This document shows positions 57,138 to 64,000 of a stretch of DNA of 64,000 nucleotides, piece after piece. Within the stretch, counting starts at the first letter, position 1. Each line of letters opens with the position of its first letter. The stretch is from Patescibacteria group bacterium (lineage in GTDB: Bacteria; Patescibacteriota; Patescibacteriia; UBA9934). Below the pieces are notes generated by a model. That model was given only the letters and a program-made list of their open reading frames with translations. It was not told the DNA's origin and searched no databases. The stretch is from positions 169,035-233,034 of the forward strand of contig JBAZWW010000001.1 in NCBI GenBank assembly GCA_041660165.1, written 5' to 3'. Position numbers and translations under genes: made by a program.

Positions 57138-57211
57138 TGGTTCCGAGACATGGATTCGAACCATGATTAGAGGATTCAGAGTCCTCTGTCCTGCCGTTAG
57201 ACGATCTCGGA
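57138..57211 (-). tRNA. tRNA-Gln(CTG)
   Basis: TCCGAGA acceptor stem, GAGGA-CTCTGAA-TCCTC anticodon arm, GGTTCGAATCC, CCA; promoter TTGACA-17-TATTCT; terminator about 57106-57138. Confidence 0.97.
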
Positions 57212-57269
57212 ATAGACCTTTGTCGAGTGGTAGAATACGGGCTTTTGAGCGAGGTGTCAAAATGCTAGA

Positions 57270-58127
57270 ATGGATCAGACCTCTATGATGACCCTCTTTG
57301 CCGAATCAGCCAAACACCTCAAAAAGGGTAAAACTGCTCGTTACACGAAATACGCGTTTGCGAGCGGAGAAGTTGCCTGTACTTTGCAGGCGAATGTTCG
57401 AGGTAAGGGATCTCGAGTGATTGCAAACATTACTCCTGATCCCGCGTCATTTTTCGAGGTCCTAGCCCTGCATCAATTACTCAAGGATCGCGAAGCCTCG
57501 ACGATCACCCTCGTCCTCCCCTACTTGAGCTACGCGCGCGAAGACCGCTCTACGGATAACGCGCAGGCTTCGCTTGGCCTTATGGTGGCCGAGCATTTGA
57601 GAGCGACGGGGGCGAATATTTCGGTGCTCGACCTGCATAGCCAAAAAGTCCTCAAAGCGCTCGGCGGGCGAGCAACGGAAATCACCGCCATCCCTCTCTT
57701 GGCCAAAGAAGTTGGCAAACTCGGACCGGTGGATGTTGTGGTGGCCCCCGACAATGGCGCTGTTCATCGAGCAGGGCGATTTGCCAAAGAACTGCCCGGG
57801 TCTCCTCGAATAGCAACGATTATCAAAACTCGCCCAGCACCTGGCACAGCCAAAGCCGGAAAACTAACAGGCAAGGTAAAGGGCGCCCACTGTGTCATCG
57901 TAGACGACATGATTGATACCGGCGGAACTATTGCCGAGGCCGTTCGATTGCTCACGAAGCACGGCGCCAAAAGCATCCGCGTAGCCGTCACTCACGGCAT
58001 CTTCTCAAAGAATGCCAAGGCACGGCTTGCTTCCCTGCCGGTAACGGCCATTTTCGTCACCAACTCCCTCCCGCAAAAACCCCATAAGAAGTTCGTCATT
58101 GTTGATATAAGCGGACTTCTCACATAA
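57270..58127 (+). CDS. prs: Ribose-phosphate pyrophosphokinase (divergent N-terminus)
   Basis: FASGE, PYLSYARED, DLHS, VAPDNGA, IVDDMIDTGGT, THGIFS. Confidence 0.9.
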   Translation: MDQTSMMTLFAESAKHLKKGKTARYTKYAFASGEVACTLQANVRGKGSRVIANITPDPASFFEVLALHQLLKDREASTITLVLPYLSYAREDRSTDNAQASLGLMVAEHLRATGANISVLDLHSQKVLKALGGRATEITAIPLLAKEVGKLGPVDVVVAPDNGAVHRAGRFAKELPGSPRIATIIKTRPAPGTAKAGKLTGKVKGAHCVIVDDMIDTGGTIAEAVRLLTKHGAKSIRVAVTHGIFSKNAKARLASLPVTAIFVTNSLPQKPHKKFVIVDISGLLT

Positions 58128-58143
58128 AGGAAACCCTATACTT

Positions 58144-59844
58144 TTACAAAACCTGTCCGCCAAAAGCCTCAACCAAAGTATCAACGGGATTTGTTTCTTC
58201 TTTGCCTTTTTCAAGGACGCAGACAATGGCCTTGGGCATGGCTTGCATGACGTTGCCAATGGCTTCTTGGAGGAGACGGATGGCTTTGTGCTCTTCCATG
58301 GCCTTAACATGAAACATGTAGGATAGGCTGATGGTCAGTGTGTCTCCGTCAATCGCTACCGGCTTGGACGAGTTCAAGATCATCGGTAGGGACATGTTGC
58401 GCTCAGCCACGTAGGCACAGCAACGGCCCCATTTTTCTTGGAGGTCGGCGAGAGTGAAGGGGAGGGTTAGAGAAGGTGATAAAGGGTTAGAAAGGGTTTG
58501 ATCCACCCCGACGACAGGAGGGGTAGCCTTGGTGCTATCAATGGGAGATGGTGGAAGATCGAAATCGGACGTCTGGAAAGCGCTTGCCGGCTCTGGAATC
58601 GGTGGTCGAGAGACTGGGATTGAGGCGATAGGCATTGGCTCGTTTCCTCGCCCCGCTAGGGGAGCCTCGCCCGTAGGCTGCAGAGGGCTGCGGCCGAGGG
58701 AGGGCAGGAGAGGGGCTGGTGGGATGGGAGCGGATTGAACGGCGATAGGAGCTACGGGGGCGCTCGAACAGGTCTCGACAATTGCGATCTCCAGTGGCAA
58801 CTGCGGAATCGAGCTCAAACTTGGCCGAAATCTTGCCGACAACATTAAGTCGAGAAACCGGCGGTGATCACTCGCAGTTCCGAGCTTGGCTGTCTCGGCT
58901 AATCGCTTGAGCGTGCCGGGATCGTATTCCTCGTTGCTCGAGAACCCGAGAGACGCGAACATCATAGTCCGCACGTACTCAAGAATCTCATCGAGCAGAT
59001 GACGAACGGATCCGCCCTGCTCAACAAACTCGTCTAATATTCGCAACGCCTCCGGGGCGTCTTTTTTGGTAACAGCCTGAACCAACTCAACCACAATTTC
59101 TGTGTGCGTTGCCGGCAAAATAATCGAGGCCTCCTTCTCAGTCACGGTTTTCTCACCGAGCGCAAATAGCTGACCGAGCAAACTCTCAGCATCACGCAAA
59201 CAGCCTTCGGATAGTCGAGCAATAGAAACGAACACCGACGGCTCAACCGCCACGCCCTCAGCTTTCGAGATTGTTTCGAGTCTCTCGATCATCTCTTTCG
59301 GCGGAACTCGATGAAAATCAAACCGCTGGCAACGCGAAATAATGGTCGCCGGAATTTTGTGAAGCTCGGTGGTGGCGAGAATAAAAACTACGTGCGCCGG
59401 CGGTTCTTCAAGCGTTTTCAAGAGCGCGTTGAAACTTCCCGTCGAAAACATGTGCACCTCATCAATAATAAAAACCTTGAACTTCCCACGCGACGGGGCG
59501 GTCCGAACATTCTCGATGATGTTTTCTCTTGTTTCATCCACCTTCGTCTGGCTAGCGGCATCGATCTCAATGATGTCCATCATTCGTCCTTGTTTCGTTT
59601 CAAGACAAGACCAGCAGGTATTGCACGGCTCACTCTGTCCAGCTTGCCTAGTCTCGCAATTCAAAGCCTTGGCGAGCAATCTCGCAATGGTCGTCTTACC
59701 CACGCCTCGCGGACCCGCAAACAGATACGCATGCGCCACACTCCCCTGCGCCAGCTGGTTCGTTACGGTGCGCACCACATGTCCCTGTTCCGCCACCTCG
59801 GCAAAGGTATTAGGTCGGTATTTTCTATACAGTGCTTCGGCCAT
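58144..59844 (-). CDS. dnaX: DNA polymerase III subunit gamma/tau
   Basis: LYRKYRP, GPRGVGKTT, IIDEVHM, LLKTLEEPP, TIISRCQ; Pro-rich linker carrying repeat-derived segments. Confidence 0.97.
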   Translation of the reverse strand: MAEALYRKYRPNTFAEVAEQGHVVRTVTNQLAQGSVAHAYLFAGPRGVGKTTIARLLAKALNCETRQAGQSEPCNTCWSCLETKQGRMMDIIEIDAASQTKVDETRENIIENVRTAPSRGKFKVFIIDEVHMFSTGSFNALLKTLEEPPAHVVFILATTELHKIPATIISRCQRFDFHRVPPKEMIERLETISKAEGVAVEPSVFVSIARLSEGCLRDAESLLGQLFALGEKTVTEKEASIILPATHTEIVVELVQAVTKKDAPEALRILDEFVEQGGSVRHLLDEILEYVRTMMFASLGFSSNEEYDPGTLKRLAETAKLGTASDHRRFLDLMLSARFRPSLSSIPQLPLEIAIVETCSSAPVAPIAVQSAPIPPAPLLPSLGRSPLQPTGEAPLAGRGNEPMPIASIPVSRPPIPEPASAFQTSDFDLPPSPIDSTKATPPVVGVDQTLSNPLSPSLTLPFTLADLQEKWGRCCAYVAERNMSLPMILNSSKPVAIDGDTLTISLSYMFHVKAMEEHKAIRLLQEAIGNVMQAMPKAIVCVLEKGKEETNPVDTLVEAFGGQVL

Positions 59845-59850
59845 AGTATG

Positions 59851-60159
59851 TGTCATCCTGAGACCTATCTCTGTGTCATCTCGAGTCCCGTCCGACGGGA
59901 CGAGAGATCTAATTGGCCGTCAGTTTCTCCAGCATCTTATGTCGATCTAGCATAAAAGACAAACCACTCACCCCCACCCTTTTCCCCTCAATAAATGAAA
60001 ATCAGATCTCTCGGCCTTCAGACGGCCTCGAGATGACAAGAGCTGACCGATCCACCAATTCTACCCCTCCTATCGTCGGGGTAGGACAGCCTGAATCGGC
60101 CGATCAGATCCCTCGGGCGTAGCCCTACGGGCGAGCCTTCGTTAGCGCTCAGGATGACA
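59851..60159. repeat. Nested cluster of palindromic elements
   Basis: Outer TGTCATCCTGAG...CTCAGGATGACA (59851-60159), inner TGTCATCTCGAG...CTCGAGATGACA (59874-60038), CTACCCCTCCTATCGTCGGGGTAG at 60061. Confidence 0.85.
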
Positions 60160-60197
60160 CTGAAACTCGAAAAGACAGCAACAGTCACCCAAAGACT

Positions 60198-62795
60198 CTA
60201 GGCGACCGGTGGCGGGGGTGGGGCGGTGATCTTTTTGCCCTTAGGGCCAAGACCGGCGCGTTCTGTAATTTCGGCAGAGACCTCATCCTTATCACGGCCG
60301 TATTGGATACGCGAAATCTCCTTGAGGGCAGCACCCACCCTCTTATTGCCTACCTGTTTAGGAAACACCTTAATGTTAAACGGCTTGCCCTGTGAGCCAT
60401 CAATGATCAGCTTCACATTCCATGTCAACGCAGAGTTATTCATCAAATCATACCCGCTGAAGGTGGGCTCGAAAATCTTGGCAAGGACCTCAGTATCCTC
60501 CGGACCAACGCGCGAAACAAAGTATGAGCCAACGTTACCAAGCACCGCATCACGAATCTCTGTCTTTCCGTCCTTTACCAGCTGGCCCATGTACTGGTGA
60601 GCCATGATTAAGCTTAGTTTGTATTTTCTAGCTTCAGAAAGAATGGTGGCAATAGACGGCGTGATGAAGTTCTGGAACTCGTCAATATAGAGATAGAACG
60701 GCCGGCGCTTTTCCTCAGGCATGTCCGCGCGGGCAAAGGCGGCCATCTGCAATTTTGAAACTAGAATCAAACCGAGCAAGTTGGCATTCACGTCGCCCGT
60801 TTTTCCTTTCGACAAATTCACGAGCAGAATCTTGCCGTTATCCATGATATCGCGGAAATTGAAAGCTGACTTGGTCTGGCCAATGATATTGCGCATCATC
60901 TCGTTCTCAACAAACCTGCCAACCTTGGAAACAAGGTAGCCCATCATTTCACTCTTGTGATAATCGCTCGTTTTGGCCATTTCATCTTCCCAGAACGAAC
61001 GAACAACAGGGTCTTTCACCTTATCTACCCATTTCTTTTGGAACGCCTCATCCGCAATCATGCGCGGGATCTCAATCAGCGTGCCAGGGTTCTCAACATC
61101 AGCCATGAGCGTCAGCATGTAATTGCGCATGTTGTGCTCAAACATCGGGCCGATCATTTCCGGCGGGAAGAGCATATAAAACACACTGATCATTTCCTGC
61201 ACAGCAAAATCGCGCATCCCCTCATTTGGCGCCTCAAGCATGTTGAGTCCCATCGGCTTGTCCGTATCCGACGGATTGAAATAAATGACATCGTCAATCC
61301 TATCCTTTGGAATAAGTTCGAGTAATCCGTCAGCCAAGTCCCCGTGCGGATCAATGACCGCAATGCCCCGGCCCGCACGGATATCCTGCACTGCAAGATT
61401 CTTAATGAATTCAGATTTACCAGTACCCGTTTTACCAATGATGTACGTATGGCGAAGACGATCAGCCTCTTTGATGAAAATATCCGTCTTCTTTCCGCGA
61501 TATTCGTTGTAGCCGAGTAATAATCCCTCGGTAGGGATGTTGGTTGGCGGTGGGGCCGAACGGGCATGCATCCAGCGGATGTTAGGCGTTTCACTCGTAG
61601 GTAGCGGAAGATGCCAAAGACTCGTCAGCTCCTCAGTATTCAGAACAAGTTTGTAACCCTCAGAAAATGTGCGGAAAATAAACGCCTCAATCAGCGCCCG
61701 CTTTGATCCGGGGATGCTCTTCTCAAGCGAATTGCCGTACTCGTAAATGTTGTACTGGCCAAAAGCCTGAATGACGTTTGAAAGGGCCAGCTGAGCGGAT
61801 TCGGCCGTGGCAGAAGAAGCTACGATGCGAATATTGGATTCAAGTCCTGCTTTGCTGAGCTTATTTTCTATACCCTCAAGCATCTTTGTTTCAGCCGCAG
61901 ACATCTTGCGTTCGCGCAACTTTTCTTTCTCTTTCTCATGAGTCTTTTCAGAAAAGAACCAATCACGCCAGCCCTCGCCAGCGTTCCCCTTCAAAGCCTG
62001 CTCCAGCGTCATCCCTTTCTGCATGTTCTTCACAATCTTCATGCCCGGTTCCCGCCAAGAATGATGCGTAGGGCGAACAAGAAACTGAATAGCCACGCCA
62101 TCGCCATCAGGGACCTTTGACAAGGCATTCGTCAAAGCGTTCAGCGGATCAACTTCGATTTCTTTATAGGTCTTCAAAGGGAATGCACTCTTGCGTTTGA
62201 ACTTCAAATACCCGCCAAGTACCACGCCCGTTGGGGAAAACATGTTGTAGTCGCCGACGTCTTCCATTTCTGCATCTGGATACTGCGCGTGCATCTGCTC
62301 AGAAAAAAACTCTTGATACTTGAGCGGAATAGTCACGTAAAAACTGATGAGCTTCTCCATGGCCACAATCTCAAAAGAGAAAACGTCAGACTCGCCGTAC
62401 AGCCAGGCATGCAGACCGTGATCCGGCTTCAAACCGCCGAGCGCTGAAAAAATGGACTCGCCAACAGCCACTTTTTCCTTTGTGATCTGGGCCGTAGGAA
62501 TCTGCCTAGCTTCTTCCTCCGAACGAAACTTTGGCAAAATGATGCGAAGCGTCACCAGCCGGTCCTCTCCCCCGCGGGCATGCGCCTGCGCGTGGAGTTT
62601 TGCTCGCAAAATGTTAATACCGATAATGAAAATAACGGCAAGAACCACAGCGCCTATTAAAAACGGCAAGTACTGAGCAAAGCCCGAACTTTGCGCCGTG
62701 ACTATAATCTGGCCGGTGTCCGTAGACCCAAAAAGCGGATCTTGCCCAAGACCGGTATCAAGCTGGGCCAATAATGTTCCTCCAAGTAAAATCAC
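60198..62795 (-). CDS. VirB4/TraG/HerA-like ATPase with N-terminal TM segment
   Basis: HTYIIGKTGTGKS, IDPHGD, LYIDEFQNF, LSEARKYKL, AHQY. Confidence 0.88.
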   Translation of the reverse strand: MILLGGTLLAQLDTGLGQDPLFGSTDTGQIIVTAQSSGFAQYLPFLIGAVVLAVIFIIGINILRAKLHAQAHARGGEDRLVTLRIILPKFRSEEEARQIPTAQITKEKVAVGESIFSALGGLKPDHGLHAWLYGESDVFSFEIVAMEKLISFYVTIPLKYQEFFSEQMHAQYPDAEMEDVGDYNMFSPTGVVLGGYLKFKRKSAFPLKTYKEIEVDPLNALTNALSKVPDGDGVAIQFLVRPTHHSWREPGMKIVKNMQKGMTLEQALKGNAGEGWRDWFFSEKTHEKEKEKLRERKMSAAETKMLEGIENKLSKAGLESNIRIVASSATAESAQLALSNVIQAFGQYNIYEYGNSLEKSIPGSKRALIEAFIFRTFSEGYKLVLNTEELTSLWHLPLPTSETPNIRWMHARSAPPPTNIPTEGLLLGYNEYRGKKTDIFIKEADRLRHTYIIGKTGTGKSEFIKNLAVQDIRAGRGIAVIDPHGDLADGLLELIPKDRIDDVIYFNPSDTDKPMGLNMLEAPNEGMRDFAVQEMISVFYMLFPPEMIGPMFEHNMRNYMLTLMADVENPGTLIEIPRMIADEAFQKKWVDKVKDPVVRSFWEDEMAKTSDYHKSEMMGYLVSKVGRFVENEMMRNIIGQTKSAFNFRDIMDNGKILLVNLSKGKTGDVNANLLGLILVSKLQMAAFARADMPEEKRRPFYLYIDEFQNFITPSIATILSEARKYKLSLIMAHQYMGQLVKDGKTEIRDAVLGNVGSYFVSRVGPEDTEVLAKIFEPTFSGYDLMNNSALTWNVKLIIDGSQGKPFNIKVFPKQVGNKRVGAALKEISRIQYGRDKDEVSAEITERAGLGPKGKKITAPPPPPVA

Positions 62796-63328
62796 ATGGT
62801 GTCTCGGCCAGCATGGGCCCGTTCCTCTACGAATTTAGCAAGCTCGGTCTCTTTGATTGAAGCTTCCTGTGTCTGGTAAGAACGCTCGACATTGGGGATA
62901 ATCCCAAGCCATTTTCTGACGCCCTTCAGCGCCTTATGGGGCCTGTAATGACCCGTACTGATGTCTTTCGCAAGCTCCGCCTCAAGCGTCTCCCCCTCTT
63001 CTTTCATCTTCTGTTGAATAGCGGGCGTCTGCGCCTCCCACAGCTTCATCATTTTTTTGTCTACCAGAATGCCATCTATTTTCTCGACCACCTGATCCTT
63101 CATGGCAGGAATCCGCACCACCGCTGGCGCCCTAGCAACCTCGACTGCCGGTGAAGGGACAACCGGCTCCGGGGGAGTCTCGACCGCTGGCATGACGGCC
63201 TCAGAGGCTGGAGCTGGCGCAAGCTCAACACCAGCCGGCTTTTCCGGTGTACCTTCAACCACGTTCTCTAGGGTATCCACCGGTTTAGCCGGCGCTACCT
63301 CCGGAATAGGGACAATCGGGAATTCCAT
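62792..63328 (-). CDS. Hypothetical protein with Pro/Glu-rich N-terminus, overlapping the ATPase start
   Basis: 178-aa ORF overlapping the next start by 4 nt. Confidence 0.75.
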   Translation of the reverse strand: MEFPIVPIPEVAPAKPVDTLENVVEGTPEKPAGVELAPAPASEAVMPAVETPPEPVVPSPAVEVARAPAVVRIPAMKDQVVEKIDGILVDKKMMKLWEAQTPAIQQKMKEEGETLEAELAKDISTGHYRPHKALKGVRKWLGIIPNVERSYQTQEASIKETELAKFVEERAHAGRDTM

Positions 63329-63359
63329 GGGGGTATTTTAACACGAGTCCGGGCAGGCA

Positions 63360-63388
63360 TTGACAAAAACTCCCCTTTCTGGTATACT
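63360..63388 (+). promoter_or_regulatory. Near-consensus sigma70 promoter
   Basis: TTGACA, about 17 bp, then TGG-TATACT (extended -10). Confidence 0.8.
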
Positions 63389-63394
63389 AATCAC

Positions 63395-63645
63395 TTCTTG
63401 AATACGTGACTTTTTCCAAAAAGCCAGTCGTTTCAGAGGTTTCTTCAGCGCTACAGCTTGTTACGCAGTAGAAAGGCACGCACCGGTATTCACTGCGCAA
63501 AGACTCACGTCCCGCGCGCAGGCATAAGCATACTATCTAAACCCCCATTCTCGCTTGAAACGTCTAGACGTTTCTTGTCTTGATCAGGGTTAAGTGCCAC
63601 ATCAAAAACCCGCCGTTGTCCCTTCATGGGCTCTGCGGGATTTTT
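63395..63645 (+). ncRNA. Candidate small RNA (about 200-250 nt), possibly 6S-like
   Basis: Strong promoter, no credible ORF, long-range CGTTTCA/TGAAACG pairing, hairpin with T-tail at 63604-63645. Confidence 0.4.
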
Positions 63646-63649
63646 GTTT

Positions 63650-64000
63650 CTATTCGAATTCTACAATCATTGGCAAGTGGTCGGAAATGGCCACCTTTGG
63701 TACCGCAAAACTCTTCACCGTTACGTCCGGCGAGACGAGCATGTAATCCGCAAAACGAAGCGGCTTCGTATAGAGCGCGCCACGAGTGTCAGTGATCCCA
63801 TACTTAGTGATGAGGTTCACCATACCCTCTTCAATAATCTTTAGGCTATCAGTACCTGGCAATAGATTAAAATCTCCCGCAAGAATCTTAGGCCCCTTAA
63901 TCTGATCAAGAAACTTCCGAATATTCGTAGATTGCAAAATGCGGTCAGGCGCATCACCTTTGCCTTGGCCGGTCCAAATCCCGTGAAAATTACAAACAGT
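63650..64000 (-). CDS. Endonuclease/exonuclease/phosphatase family protein, 5'-truncated
   Basis: ILAGDFN, ADYMLVS, SDHLPM. Confidence 0.9.
   Translation of the reverse strand, partial: TVCNFHGIWTGQGKGDAPDRILQSTNIRKFLDQIKGPKILAGDFNLLPGTDSLKIIEEGMVNLITKYGITDTRGALYTKPLRFADYMLVSPDVTVKSFAVPKVAISDHLPMIVEFE

Noticed and set aside
53740-57140. Integrative element at tRNA-Gln with att duplication
   Set aside because: No integrase and no convincing copy of the tRNA 3' end; only a 6-nt GAGACA match near 53761.

Overview
This 64-kb window looks like chromosome from a Patescibacteria (CPR) bacterium, probably Parcubacteria of the Uhrbacteria/Magasanikbacteria type. That assignment is inferred from LxGAGC lipoproteins, RpoA lacking its CTD, a short AlaRS, the VirB4-like ATPase locus and SD-less housekeeping starts; TGA is used as stop (code 11). 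Housekeeping content: priA-def-fmt, a glycan locus (flippase, three glycosyltransferases, LemA, DUF2207, O-antigen ligase), the infA-rpmJ-rpsM-rpsK-rpsD-rpoA-rplQ-rplM-rpsI cluster, alaS, murJ, an rlmD-like methyltransferase, uppS, era, dus, prs, dnaX, tRNA-Arg(CCG) and tRNA-Gln(CTG). Main signals not explained by these genes: (1) two tandem ORF-less, hairpin-dense units of about 630 and 490 nt at 34.7-35.9 kb, each with a sigma70-type promoter, the same palindrome over the -35 box and a terminator, plus two further stand-alone ncRNA candidates at 15.2-15.6 kb and 63.4-63.6 kb; (2) an AT-rich palindrome ATAAGA(C/G)TCTTAT at five loci (three inside genes) plus one degenerate copy, with doubled versions bracketing a marR-MacAB-like cassette; (3) several palindromic and short-period repeat families translated in frame inside proteins (PriA, DnaX, GT4, O-antigen ligase); (4) a putative polyunsaturated fatty acid isomerase plus RetSat-like reductase pair; (5) a tRNA-adjacent nucleotide-enzyme operon (CxxC protein, divergent frameshifted GTP cyclohydrolase II, PyrF, Gmk-like kinase). 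All family calls come from motif recognition by eye; no database searches were run.
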